From contig WRMW01000002.1 of NCBI GenBank assembly GCA_009776955.1, positions 187,154 through 251,153 of the forward strand: DNA of 64,000 nucleotides, read 5' to 3'. The position numbers and the translations under genes were made by a program. This document shows, in pieces, positions 44,593 through 54,603 of this stretch. Numbering within the stretch: position 1 is the stretch's first letter; each line of letters starts with the position of its first letter. The notes under the pieces were generated by a model. It made no database searches. It saw only the letters and a list, made by a program, of their open reading frames with translations, and was not told where the DNA came from. The stretch is from Clostridiales bacterium. Its GTDB lineage: Bacteria; Bacillota; Clostridia; Peptostreptococcales; Anaerovoracaceae.

Positions 44593-46425
44593 GTGTATAA
44601 TACGACGGTGAAACTTTTAGGAATATTATTCAAAGACAAGAGATATATCCCGCTTATAGTGTGCATAGTGGCGTTGCTTATGGTGCAGGCGTATTGCGAA
44701 TTGGTGCTTCCGAGCTATATGAGCAGGATCGTTGACATAGGCATAGCGCAGGGCGGCGTTGAGGACGCGGCGTATTTCAACAGCGACGAGTATGCGGCGC
44801 TGGACGCGGACACCAAGGCAGGGATGCAGAGGGACTATATGACCCAGGCGGCGCTGATGATGATAGTCTTTACGCTGCTTGCCTGCGTTGTGGGCGTGGT
44901 TGTGGGGCTTCTTGCGAGCCGAATGTCGGCGGCGGCGGCCAGGCGGCTCCGGCGGGAGGCCTTTACGAACATTATGGGCTTTTCCAGCGTAGAGGTGGAC
45001 AAGTTTGGAGTGTCTTCCATTATAACGCGATGCACGAACGACATACAGCAGGTGCAAATGGCGTTGATGTACGTTCTGAGGGTGGTGCTGTTCGCGCCCA
45101 TAATGGCCATCGGCGGCATCTATATGGTGGCAAACACGGGCGCGGGGCTGTCGTGGGTCGTGGTGGTCACCATCGTGATGCTCGCCGCCGTGATAGGCAC
45201 GCTTCTGGGGCTGGCGCTACCCAAGTTCAAGCGGATGCAGATCCTTATAGACAAGGTGAACCTTGTGAGCCGCGAGGTGCTGACGGGGCTGCTGGTCATC
45301 CGCGCTTTCAACCGTGAGAATTACGAAAAAGACCGTTTCGACGGCGCGAACACGACGCTTTTCAAGAACCAGCTTTTCACCACCAAGGTTATGAGCATGT
45401 TCCTGCCGTTCGTGTATTTCATAATGAACATAATAATGGTGATAATCGTCTGGGTGGGCGGCCCTGCCATAGACGCGGGGGACTTGAACGTGGGCGATAT
45501 GATGGCCGTTATGAGTTATATGATTTTCATCGTGATGGCGTTTATGCTGCTTTCCGTGGTCGCGACCATGCTGCCGCGCGCAAACGTCTCGGCGGGGCGC
45601 GTGATGGACATAATAGATACGGAGTCCTCGATAATTGACAGGCCCGCTGCGGAATTGCTTAATGAGGAGCGTGAGTTCGAGGGGAGGGTGGTGTTCGACG
45701 ATGTGTGCTTCCGCTACCAGAACGCGGACGAGGACATGCTTTCGCATATCAGCTTCACTGCCGAGCCTGGGCATATGACAGCCATAATCGGCGGGACGGG
45801 CAGTGGCAAATCGACGCTTATAAACCTTGTGCCGAGGCTCTTTGACGTCACGGGCGGCAGCATCACGATAGACGGCGTGGACGTACGCGACCTCTCTTTG
45901 CGCAAGCTGCGTTCGTTCATAGGCGTGGTGCCTCAGAGGGGCGTGCTTTTCTCGGGGACGATAGAGTCGAACATCAAGTATTCGGGTGATGACGTCACGG
46001 ACGAGGCGATGGCTAAGGCCGCGGAGATCGCGCAGGCGGCGGATTTTATAGGCACGAAAGAGGGCAAGTACGAAAGCGAGATTTCGCAGGGCGGAACGAA
46101 TGTTTCGGGCGGTCAGCGCCAGAGGCTCGCCATCGCGCGCGCCGTCGCCAAAGATCCCAAGGTGTGCATTTTCGACGACAGCTTTTCGGCGCTTGACTAC
46201 AAGACGGATTCAAGGCTCAGGAAGGCGCTTGCGAAGAACCTTGGCGACGCTACTATACTGATAGTGGCGCAGCGTATCGCGACCATCCTTCGCGCGGACA
46301 AGATAATCGTGCTTGACCAAGGCAAAGTCGTGGGCGAGGGGACGCATGGCGAGCTCCTTAAAACCTGCGAAGTATACCGTGAGATTGCTGAGAGCCAGCT
46401 TTCCGAGGAGGAATTGAACAAGTGA
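44593..46425 (+). CDS. ABC exporter, fused permease/ATPase (half transporter A)
   Basis: 6-TM domain plus NBD (GGTGSGKST, SGGQRQR, IFDDSFS). An alternative GTG start lies at 44608. Confidence 0.88.
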   Translation: MYNTTVKLLGILFKDKRYIPLIVCIVALLMVQAYCELVLPSYMSRIVDIGIAQGGVEDAAYFNSDEYAALDADTKAGMQRDYMTQAALMMIVFTLLACVVGVVVGLLASRMSAAAARRLRREAFTNIMGFSSVEVDKFGVSSIITRCTNDIQQVQMALMYVLRVVLFAPIMAIGGIYMVANTGAGLSWVVVVTIVMLAAVIGTLLGLALPKFKRMQILIDKVNLVSREVLTGLLVIRAFNRENYEKDRFDGANTTLFKNQLFTTKVMSMFLPFVYFIMNIIMVIIVWVGGPAIDAGDLNVGDMMAVMSYMIFIVMAFMLLSVVATMLPRANVSAGRVMDIIDTESSIIDRPAAELLNEEREFEGRVVFDDVCFRYQNADEDMLSHISFTAEPGHMTAIIGGTGSGKSTLINLVPRLFDVTGGSITIDGVDVRDLSLRKLRSFIGVVPQRGVLFSGTIESNIKYSGDDVTDEAMAKAAEIAQAADFIGTKEGKYESEISQGGTNVSGGQRQRLAIARAVAKDPKVCIFDDSFSALDYKTDSRLRKALAKNLGDATILIVAQRIATILRADKIIVLDQGKVVGEGTHGELLKTCEVYREIAESQLSEEELNK

Positions 46426-48296
46426 GCGACAATGCGGTGAAACAGCAGACGCGCAGCCAGGGGCCGAGAATCCCCGGCTCGAGCGGTCCTGGCGAAAAGG
46501 CCAAGGACTTCAAGGGCGCTATCAAAAAGCTGCTCAATTATATGAAAAAATACCGCATTGCGTTGATTGTTGGCATAACCTTTGCGGTGCTGTCGGCGGC
46601 GTTCAACATCTTTGGGCCGAGGATACTTTCCGGCGCAATTACGGAATTGTTTAACGGGCTAGTGATGAAGAACGCGGGGACGGGCGGCATCGACTTCGAC
46701 AAGATTGCCGGCATTTTGATCTCGCTCGCGCTCGTCTATATAGTGGCTCTGGTGTGCGGGATAGTGCAGGGGTGGATGTTGAGCACCATCGCTCAGAAAA
46801 CCAGCTACGACATGAGGAAGCAGATAAGCGAGAAGATACATCGGATGCCGGTGGGGTATTTCGAGCGGAACAGCGTGGGCGACGTGCTTTCGCGGATAAC
46901 GAACGACGTGGACATGATGACGCAGACGCTTGGGCAGAGCGTGACGCAGCTTGTGCTGAGCACGGCGAGCCTTGTTGGGGCGCTTATAATGATGCTTATC
47001 ATCAGCCCGACGATGACGCTTATCGCGATTGCGATACTGCCGGTCTCCATCCTGGTGGTTGTAGGCATCACAAAGTTTTCGCAGAAGTTTTTCTTCCGTC
47101 AGCAGGAGTATTTGGGCAAGGTCAACGGCCAGGTCGAGGAGGAAGTGTCGGGGCATAGCGTCGTCAAGCTTTTCAACCATGAGGATGAATCGATGGGCGA
47201 GTTCAACGACACGAACGACAAGCTTTACGATGCCGCGTGGAAAAGCCAGTTCTTCTCAGGCCTCGTCTACCCGCTTATAAACCTTGTGGGCAATATGGGC
47301 TATGTGGGCGTGGCTGTCTTGGGTGGCCTGATGGCTTTCCGCGGGTCGATCACGGTGGGCGATATACAGGCCTTCGTCGTGTATATCCGCAACTTTACGC
47401 AGCCCATCACCATGATGTCGCAGGTGGTCACGCAGCTCCAGACCATGGCGGCGGCATCCGAACGTGTGTTCGAGTTCTTGGAGGAGGAGGAAGAAGTGCC
47501 GGATGCTGACGGCGCTGCTGTCGTTGGCGGTGCTGCGGGCGGTTCGGGCGGCGATGTCGGCCGCGTCACATTCGAGAACGTACGCTTTGGCTACGACCCT
47601 GAGAAAATCATAATCAAAAACTTTTCGCAAGACGTGAAGCCTGGCCAGATGGTGGCAATCGTGGGGCCGACGGGCGCAGGCAAGACGACGCTCGTAAAGC
47701 TGTTGATGCGGTTCTACGATGTCAATGCGGGCGCGATAATCGTGGACGGCAACGAGATACGCACCATAAGAAGGGCGAGCCTGCGAAACGATTTTGCGAT
47801 GGTGCTGCAAGATACATGGCTGTTCAAGGGCACCATTATGGAGAACATCAAGTACGGCAAGCAGGACGCGACGGACGAGGAAGCGATAGAGGCTGCAAAG
47901 GCGGCGTATGTCGACCAATTCGTCAGGGCGCTGCCGGACGGCTACAATATGATGCTGTCGGAGGACGCCGACAATATCTCCACTGGCCAGAAGCAGCTGC
48001 TCACGATAGCGCGCGCAATTCTTGCGGAGAGCCCCATGCTGATTCTCGACGAGGCGACAAGCTCGGTCGATACACGTACGGAGGCGCTTATCCAAAAGGC
48101 GATGAACAACTTGAAGGCGGGTCGCACATCGTTCGTGATCGCGCACAGGCTTTCGACCATAAAGGACGCGGACATAATACTCGTGATGAACGAGGGCGAC
48201 GTGATAGAGCAGGGCACGCACGACGATTTATTGGCGGCAGGCGGTTTCTACGCCGATCTTTATATGTCGCAGTTTGATACCTTAGAGGAAGAATAG
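46422..48296 (+). CDS. ABC exporter, fused permease/ATPase (half transporter B)
   Basis: 6-TM domain plus NBD (GPTGAGKTT, STGQKQL, ILDEATS). The GTGA start overlaps the stop of partner A, suggesting a heterodimeric exporter. Confidence 0.9.
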   Translation: MSDNAVKQQTRSQGPRIPGSSGPGEKAKDFKGAIKKLLNYMKKYRIALIVGITFAVLSAAFNIFGPRILSGAITELFNGLVMKNAGTGGIDFDKIAGILISLALVYIVALVCGIVQGWMLSTIAQKTSYDMRKQISEKIHRMPVGYFERNSVGDVLSRITNDVDMMTQTLGQSVTQLVLSTASLVGALIMMLIISPTMTLIAIAILPVSILVVVGITKFSQKFFFRQQEYLGKVNGQVEEEVSGHSVVKLFNHEDESMGEFNDTNDKLYDAAWKSQFFSGLVYPLINLVGNMGYVGVAVLGGLMAFRGSITVGDIQAFVVYIRNFTQPITMMSQVVTQLQTMAAASERVFEFLEEEEEVPDADGAAVVGGAAGGSGGDVGRVTFENVRFGYDPEKIIIKNFSQDVKPGQMVAIVGPTGAGKTTLVKLLMRFYDVNAGAIIVDGNEIRTIRRASLRNDFAMVLQDTWLFKGTIMENIKYGKQDATDEEAIEAAKAAYVDQFVRALPDGYNMMLSEDADNISTGQKQLLTIARAILAESPMLILDEATSSVDTRTEALIQKAMNNLKAGRTSFVIAHRLSTIKDADIILVMNEGDVIEQGTHDDLLAAGGFYADLYMSQFDTLEEE

Positions 48297-48350
48297 GGCG
48301 GGACACCGCAAAACCACAAATTAGCCATACGAATTTTATGCGGAAAATTG

Positions 48351-48377
48351 TTAGCACTCTACTTGAGTGAGTGCTAA
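48351..48377. promoter_or_regulatory. CIRCE element (HrcA operator)
   Basis: TTAGCACTC-tacttgagt-GAGTGCTAA is a perfect match to the CIRCE consensus TTAGCACTC-N9-GAGTGCTAA. Confidence 0.88.
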
Positions 48378-48382
48378 TTTTG

Positions 48383-48391
48383 TGTTATAAT
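48383..48391 (+). promoter_or_regulatory. Extended -10 element (TGtTATAAT) of the clpB promoter
   Basis: TGTTATAAT lies immediately downstream of the CIRCE element and 89 nt upstream of ATG 48480. Confidence 0.6.
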
Positions 48392-48479
48392 CTCTTTGTT
48401 GCTTCAATGGTGGGGCGATAATGGCGAATGGGTGCCGGTATGGTTGCAAGGCACGAATCGAACGCGGAAGGAGGCAGTT

Positions 48480-50588
48480 ATGAACTTTGAGAATACACAG
48501 GACTATACAAAGTACGGGCGTGACCTCGTGCAGCTTGCGCGTGAGGGGAAGCTTGACCCGGTCATAGGGCGCGACGAGGAGATACGGCATACGATACAGA
48601 TACTCTCGCGGCGGACGAAGAACAACCCTGTGCTGATAGGCGACCCTGGCGTCGGCAAGACGGCCGTGGTGGAAGGCCTGGCGCAGCGTATATTGGCGGG
48701 CGACGTGCCAGAGGGCATAAAGGACAAGACGATATTCGCGCTCGATATGGGGGCACTTATCGCAGGCGCAAAGTATCGCGGCGAGTTTGAGGAACGGCTA
48801 AAGGCCGTGCTAGGCGAGGTCGAGAAGTCGGATGGCCGCATCATCCTTTTTATCGACGAAATACACAATATCGTCGGAGCGGGCAAGGCCGAGGGCTCAA
48901 TGGACGCGGGCAATCTGCTCAAACCAAAGTTGGCACGAGGCGAGCTCCACTGCATCGGCGCCACGACGCTTGACGAATACCGCAATTATATAGAAAAGGA
49001 CGCGGCGCTCGAAAGGCGGTTCCAAAAGATTCTTGTGGACCAGCCCACGGTCGAGGACACTATCTCGATACTCCGCGGGCTCAAGGAGAGGTTTGAGATA
49101 CATCATGGGGTGCGTATAACGGACGCGGCCTTGATCGCGTGCGCGGTGCTGTCCGACCGCTATATCAGCGACAGGTTTTTGCCGGACAAGGCGATAGACC
49201 TGATGGACGAGGCGGCGAGCAAGATACGCATAGAGATAGACAGCCGCCCTGCGGAGCTTGATATGATAGGCAGGGACATCCTGAGACTGGAGATAGAGAA
49301 GCAGGCGCTGCTAAAGGAGGATGACGAGGGCTCGCGTGAGCGCGCGGCGAATATTGAGAAGGAGCTTTCAGAGCTTAAAGAGAAGAACGACGCCATGAGC
49401 GAGCAATGGGAAGCTGAGAAAAAGCTTATCGGCGACGTGAAGGGGACGAAGCAGCGTATCGAGGACATAAGGCTTGAGATGGAGCAGGCAGAGCGCGCAT
49501 ACAATCTTGAGAAGCTTGCAGAGCTGAAGTATGGGACTTTGCCTAAGCTCGAAAAGGAGCTTGAGGAGGCTAAGGAGAAGGCCGAGGCGGGCGAGGAAAA
49601 GCGTCTGCTCAAAGAGGAAGTGACCGAGGATGAAATCGCAAGCGTCGTGGCGGGGTGGACGGGCATACCCGTAAGCCGCCTTGTGGAGTCGGAGAAGGAT
49701 AAGCTGCTGAGGCTGCCGGATATACTGCATGGTCGCGTGATAGGTCAGGACGAGGCGGTGGTCAGCGTTTCGGAGGCGGTGCTTAGGGCGCGTGCGGGCA
49801 TGAAGGACGAGGGGCGGCCCATAGGCTCGTTCATATTCCTTGGGCCTACGGGCGTGGGCAAGACCGAGCTTGCGAAGGCATTGGCGGAGGTGTTGTTTGA
49901 CAGCGAGAAAAATTTAATCCGCATAGATATGAGCGAGTATATGGAAAAGTTTTCGGTGTCGAGGCTTATCGGGGCGCCGCCTGGCTATGTGGGCTATGAG
50001 GAAGGCGGGCAGCTTACCGAAGCCGTTCGGCGAAGGCCTTACAGTGTCATATTGTTTGACGAGATCGAAAAGGCGCACCCTGACGTGTTCAACACGCTGC
50101 TGCAATTATTGGATGACGGGCGGCTGACGGACAATCAGGGGCGTACGGTGGATTTCAAGAACACGATAGTGATAATGACGAGCAATATCGGGAGCCCGTT
50201 CTTGATTGAGAGCATTGAGGCGGACGGAACGATAAGCGACGACGTTAAGGACAGGGTGCGTGACGAAATGAGGCTGCATTTCAGGCCGGAGTTCCTTAAC
50301 CGTATAGACGATGTGGTGGTGTTTTCGCCGCTGTCAGAGACAGAGGTGGTCAAGATCGTGGAGATACAACTTGCGGAAATCGCAAGGCGGCTTGCGGAGC
50401 GTGACATCACGGTGGAGTTCACCGAGGGGACAAAACGCTTTATCGCAAAAGAGACATACTCGCCGCAATACGGAGCAAGGCCTATCGCACGCTATCTCAA
50501 GAAATACATCGAGACGGACATAGCGGCGAAGCTCGTACGCGGCGAGGTGAAGGAAGGGGACGTGTTTACGGTGGATATCACCGAGTGA
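48480..50588 (+). CDS. clpB: ClpB-type AAA+ disaggregase lacking the N-terminal domain
   Basis: It starts at [35 protein letters not shown], equivalent to about residue 150 of E. coli ClpB. Two AAA+ modules ([16 protein letters not shown]) and a long coiled-coil M-domain are present. RBS GGAAGGAGG precedes the start. Confidence 0.9.
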   Translation: MNFENTQDYTKYGRDLVQLAREGKLDPVIGRDEEIRHTIQILSRRTKNNPVLIGDPGVGKTAVVEGLAQRILAGDVPEGIKDKTIFALDMGALIAGAKYRGEFEERLKAVLGEVEKSDGRIILFIDEIHNIVGAGKAEGSMDAGNLLKPKLARGELHCIGATTLDEYRNYIEKDAALERRFQKILVDQPTVEDTISILRGLKERFEIHHGVRITDAALIACAVLSDRYISDRFLPDKAIDLMDEAASKIRIEIDSRPAELDMIGRDILRLEIEKQALLKEDDEGSRERAANIEKELSELKEKNDAMSEQWEAEKKLIGDVKGTKQRIEDIRLEMEQAERAYNLEKLAELKYGTLPKLEKELEEAKEKAEAGEEKRLLKEEVTEDEIASVVAGWTGIPVSRLVESEKDKLLRLPDILHGRVIGQDEAVVSVSEAVLRARAGMKDEGRPIGSFIFLGPTGVGKTELAKALAEVLFDSEKNLIRIDMSEYMEKFSVSRLIGAPPGYVGYEEGGQLTEAVRRRPYSVILFDEIEKAHPDVFNTLLQLLDDGRLTDNQGRTVDFKNTIVIMTSNIGSPFLIESIEADGTISDDVKDRVRDEMRLHFRPEFLNRIDDVVVFSPLSETEVVKIVEIQLAEIARRLAERDITVEFTEGTKRFIAKETYSPQYGARPIARYLKKYIETDIAAKLVRGEVKEGDVFTVDITE

Positions 50589-50602
50589 ATGTCTGGCATA
50601 TG

Positions 50603-50640
50603 AAAAGGCGCCTGGGAATCCCAGGCGCCCAAGTGTTTTT
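50603..50640. terminator. Rho-independent terminator between convergent clpB and the DUF4190 gene
   Basis: GGCGCCTGGG-aat-CCCAGGCGCC followed by CAAGTGTTTTT. AAAA lies on the 5' side. Confidence 0.8.
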
Positions 50641-50658
50641 GATTGAATAAGGCGGAAG

Positions 50659-51123
50659 CTACAGCAGCCCCATAAGCCCGAGCCCCATCGAACCGAGGAG
50701 CGCAAAAGTTGCGATAAAGATAATGGTGATGATAGCTCCGATGATAAGCCCTGCGAGACTAAGGCCAAATCCGACCCCTGTCTTGTACTCGTTCTTGGCC
50801 TTCTTTGCCATGACGACACCGACGATGCCAAGAATCAAGCCGACAAACCCAGTTGTAAGGGCAAAGACCAATGCCAAGATGCCGACAACGAGCGACGGCA
50901 CATGCAAAGGCGGCTCGGCGTACATGGGTGCTTGGTACTGCGGCGGCGGCTGATATGGCGGGGGTGGCGGTGCTTGGTATTGCTGTGCCACTTGCTCGTA
51001 GGCAGCCTCGGCCTCTGGCGCGACAAACTCCGCTGCGGGCTCTGCTTCCAGCGCGGCGGCCTCGGCAGCCTCTGCCGGCTCTGGGGCGGCATCCATTCCA
51101 TGCTCTCTGTCAAACTCGTTCAT
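50659..51123 (-). CDS. Small membrane protein with a Pro/Gln-rich N-terminus and a DUF4190-like double-TM C-terminus
   Basis: RBS AAGGAGGG precedes ATG 51123. The N-terminal region contains PPPPPYQPPPQYQ, followed by two TM helices. Confidence 0.6.
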   Translation of the reverse strand: MNEFDREHGMDAAPEPAEAAEAAALEAEPAAEFVAPEAEAAYEQVAQQYQAPPPPPYQPPPQYQAPMYAEPPLHVPSLVVGILALVFALTTGFVGLILGIVGVVMAKKAKNEYKTGVGFGLSLAGLIIGAIITIIFIATFALLGSMGLGLMGLL

Positions 51124-51199
51124 AATTCCCTCCTTTATTATTACACTATCATTCAATTGCAAAACAATAATGAGAGTATATTACGATATGGCAGGAAAA

Positions 51200-51847
51200 T
51201 CAAACCTTTGCGCGTTTCATCGAATTTTCGATATGCTTCTTCATCGCCGCGGAGCCGGCTTCGGGGTCGCTTGAGCGAAATGCCTTGAAAATCGCACGGT
51301 GCTCTCGCAAAATGGCGTCGAGGTCGGTCTCAAGATAGGGGCGTATATGTACGCTATACCTTATATAGTCCTGGATGCGTGACAGGGTGCTTTCCAAAAT
51401 GCGGTTGTGTGCGGCGGCGGCGATGGCTTTGTGGAAGCCCGCATTTATCGAACGCATACGCGTCGAGTCGGCACGTTCTGTGTAGAATCGCATAAAGTCC
51501 AGGTTTTCTTCGATGGATGCCATTTCTTCTTTTGTGCGGCGTTCAATCGCCCAATGCACGGCCTGCATCTCGCTCTGTATTCTTAGCGTGTAAAGGTCGC
51601 GGATATCGTTTTCGGACAATCCGACGACGAATGCCCCGCGGTTTGGGATTATTTCGATAAGCCCTTCGGCATCAAGGTTTTTCAAAGCCTCCCGAACAGG
51701 AGTTCGTGACACGTTATAGCTTGCGCAAAGGGCTTGCTCGGTCAGTTTTTCGCCTGGTTTAAGCTGTTCGCCCAGAATTTCGATGCGCATTTTGTCGGCG
51801 AGGTCTGTGCTGAGCGTACGCCCGCCTTCCATCGTTTCCTCTCTCAT
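51200..51847 (-). CDS. GntR-family (FadR/FCD subfamily) transcriptional regulator
   Basis: wHTH segment L.E..L...Y.VSRTPVREAL..L..EGL plus an FCD-type helical C-domain. The ATGA overlaps the aconitase stop. Confidence 0.85.
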   Translation of the reverse strand: MREETMEGGRTLSTDLADKMRIEILGEQLKPGEKLTEQALCASYNVSRTPVREALKNLDAEGLIEIIPNRGAFVVGLSENDIRDLYTLRIQSEMQAVHWAIERRTKEEMASIEENLDFMRFYTERADSTRMRSINAGFHKAIAAAAHNRILESTLSRIQDYIRYSVHIRPYLETDLDAILREHRAIFKAFRSSDPEAGSAAMKKHIENSMKRAKV

Positions 51848-53808
51848 TTTGCGTCCCGCCTTATGGCGTTGATCTTGCCGCCTGCAAGAATGATATCTTT
51901 TTCGGGCGCGCTCAACGTGTTGAGGAAGCTGTATGCCTCGCCGCTTTGGGTTTTTACGATGACGGTGTCCGATTCGATCTGGGCGGGTGCGTTCTCGATG
52001 GTCAGCACATCGCCGAGGCGCAGCTTGCCGTAATCGCTTGGGTCTCTGAACACGAGCGGAAGTATGCCGCTGTTGATCAGGTTGGATCTATGGATGCGTG
52101 CGAAGGATTTGGCGAGGACGGCGCGAGTGCCCAGTTGCAGGGGCGCGAGCGCCGCATGCTCCCTTGACGAGCCCTGCCCGTAATTGTCGCCGCCCACTAT
52201 GATGCCGCCGCCATGCGTGCTGGCCTTGGCTGCTTCCGCGCGTGCGGCAAAGCCCGCGTCGATTTTTTCAAAGCAATAGTTGGCGAGGTGTGGGACGTTG
52301 CTGCGATATGGCAGGAGGCGGCTGTCCGATGGCATGATATCGTCGGTGGTGATATTGTCGCCGGCTATCAGCGTGACCTCCGCCGTAAGGGTCTGCCCAA
52401 GCGCCTCGCCGTGCGGGAAAGGCTTGATGTTCGGGCCCATCTCTATATTCGGCATATCGCGTTTTTCGGGCGGCATGGCCGGAGGCATGACAACGAAATT
52501 CCGGTTTTGCTCAAAGCGGTCGGGAAGCTTGACGGCAGGGTAGGCGATGCCAAGGTCTTCGGCCTCCGACATCGGATCCGTAAGCACGCCTGTGACGGCG
52601 CTTATCGCAGCGGTCTCAGGGCTTACAAGGTAGACATCGGCATCGAGCGTGCCGCTGCGACCTTTGAAGTTGCGGTTGAATGTCCGTAATGAGACCGCGC
52701 CGGATTTCGGCGACTGGCCCATGCCTATGCAAGGGCCGCAAGTGTTTTCCAGAATGCGTGCGCCTGCGTCGATCATGGCTGCAAGTGCGCCGTTTTCCGC
52801 AAGCTTCGAGAGGATGGCGGCGGAGCCTGGCGACACGACGAGGCTGACGCCTTCACTGACGCTACGCCCCTTGAGTATCGCAGCCGCTTTCATCAAGTCC
52901 GTGAACGAGGCGTTTGTGCAGCTTCCGATGGCGACTTGGTCCACTTTGATGTGGCCTATGTTTTTTATGGTGTCCACGTTGTCAGGGCTATGGGGCATGG
53001 CCGCCAAGGGGACTATTTGCGAGAGGTCCACTTTCAGGCTTTCATCGTATACGGCGCCTTCGTCCGCTGCAAGTGGGCGCCAGTCTTTTTCACGTCCTTG
53101 CTGCGAAAGAAAAGCCCGCGTGTTTTCGTCGGATGGGAACACCGTCGTCGTTGCGCCTAGCTCTGCGCCCATATTGGCTATCGTGGCGCGGTCGGTCACG
53201 CTTAGGCTTTTAACCCCTTCGCCGTGATACTCCACTATCTTGCCCACGCCGCCCTTGACGGTGAGCTGTTTCAAAACATATAGAATAACGTCTTTTGCCG
53301 ATGCCCAGGGGCGCAGTTCGCCCGATAGCTCCACGCCTAGCACCTTTGGGACGGTCATGGTGTATGAGCCTTGCGCCATGGCGACCGCAACGTCAAGCCC
53401 GCCTGCGCCTATGGCTATCATGCCGATGCCGCCGCATGTGGGCGTGTGGCTGTCCGAGCCAAGCAAGGTCTTTCCAGGCGCTCCGTAGTTCTCAAGGTGC
53501 AGCTGATGGCAGATGCCGCCGCCGGGCTTGCCGAACAATATGCCGTGGCGTGCCGCCACGCTCTTGATAAAGGCATGGTCATCGGCGTTTTCAAAGCCTG
53601 TCTGCAAGGTGTTGTGGTCGATATAGGCGACCGAGAGCTCGGTCTTGACCATGCCGGGCTCCATAGCTTCAAGCTGCAGGTATGCCATAGTGCCTGTGCT
53701 GTCCTGGGTCAGCGTCTGGTCTATCTTGATTTTGATTGCCGCGCCGCTCGTTATCTCGCCTTCGAGCAAATGGTCTTTAAGGATTTTTATCGCAAGTGTG
53801 TCCGCCAT
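51844..53808 (-). CDS. Aconitate hydratase (~650-aa type)
   Basis: Aconitase motifs DQTLTQDSTG, GSDSHT, IGSCTN and CGPCIGMG, with a C-terminal swivel domain. Confidence 0.9.
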   Translation of the reverse strand: MADTLAIKILKDHLLEGEITSGAAIKIKIDQTLTQDSTGTMAYLQLEAMEPGMVKTELSVAYIDHNTLQTGFENADDHAFIKSVAARHGILFGKPGGGICHQLHLENYGAPGKTLLGSDSHTPTCGGIGMIAIGAGGLDVAVAMAQGSYTMTVPKVLGVELSGELRPWASAKDVILYVLKQLTVKGGVGKIVEYHGEGVKSLSVTDRATIANMGAELGATTTVFPSDENTRAFLSQQGREKDWRPLAADEGAVYDESLKVDLSQIVPLAAMPHSPDNVDTIKNIGHIKVDQVAIGSCTNASFTDLMKAAAILKGRSVSEGVSLVVSPGSAAILSKLAENGALAAMIDAGARILENTCGPCIGMGQSPKSGAVSLRTFNRNFKGRSGTLDADVYLVSPETAAISAVTGVLTDPMSEAEDLGIAYPAVKLPDRFEQNRNFVVMPPAMPPEKRDMPNIEMGPNIKPFPHGEALGQTLTAEVTLIAGDNITTDDIMPSDSRLLPYRSNVPHLANYCFEKIDAGFAARAEAAKASTHGGGIIVGGDNYGQGSSREHAALAPLQLGTRAVLAKSFARIHRSNLINSGILPLVFRDPSDYGKLRLGDVLTIENAPAQIESDTVIVKTQSGEAYSFLNTLSAPEKDIILAGGKINAIRRDAK

Positions 53809-53899
53809 GATTTAACCTCCAGCAAATTGTTTTTCTGTATGCAAGTATACATGAATACAATCCGCCACGCAATAATCAAGGCGATAATCACCGCAATTA

Positions 53900-54598
53900 T
53901 TAAAGCGAGGTGAGCTCTTTTGGTATCTTCGTGGTAAGGATTTTGCATCCGTCGTCTGTGATGACGACCATGTCCTCGATGCGTACGCCGCCAAGCCCTT
54001 CAATATATATGCCTGGCTCGATGGTCACGACCATGCCTGCTTCAAGGACGGCTTCGGACTTCTTGCCTATACGTGGGTCCTCGTGAACCTCTGTGCCTAC
54101 GCCATGCCCTGTGGTATGGACAAAGTACTCGCCATAGCCGTCCTTTTCGATAATGCCACGGCATACGGCGTCAAGCGCGATGCATGATATTCCTGCTTTT
54201 GCGGCGGCGATGCCTGCGGCCTGCGCTCGATATACCGAGTCGTAGATTTTGCGTTGAGTCTCCGTCGGCTCGCCGAGTATGAATGTGCGTGTCATGTCGC
54301 TTGCGTAGCCGCCAAGCTTCACGCCGAAATCGACGGTGACAAGGTCTCCTGTTTCGAGCGTGCGATCCGTCACCTCCGCGTGAGGCCCTGCGCTGTTTGG
54401 GCCGGATGCGACTATGGGAGGGAAAGCGAGTTCGGCAACGTCGGCAAGCTCCAAGGCATACTCCGTCATTCTGTCCGCGAGCTGGCGTTCCGTGATGCCT
54501 GCCTTTATAAACGGAAGCACGCGGACGAAAACCTTTTCAGTGGTTTTCGCCGCGCGCCTTAACATTGTTATTTCATGCGGTGTCTTTATCGACGCCAT
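53900..54598 (-). CDS. M24-family metallopeptidase, catalytic pita-bread domain only (Xaa-Pro peptidase-like)
   Basis: All metal ligands are present: VDFG, SDMTRT, HGVG, TIEPG and RIED. At 232 aa it has no creatinase-like N-domain. Confidence 0.85.
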   Translation of the reverse strand: MASIKTPHEITMLRRAAKTTEKVFVRVLPFIKAGITERQLADRMTEYALELADVAELAFPPIVASGPNSAGPHAEVTDRTLETGDLVTVDFGVKLGGYASDMTRTFILGEPTETQRKIYDSVYRAQAAGIAAAKAGISCIALDAVCRGIIEKDGYGEYFVHTTGHGVGTEVHEDPRIGKKSEAVLEAGMVVTIEPGIYIEGLGGVRIEDMVVITDDGCKILTTKIPKELTSL

Positions 54599-54603
54599 CT
54601 AGA

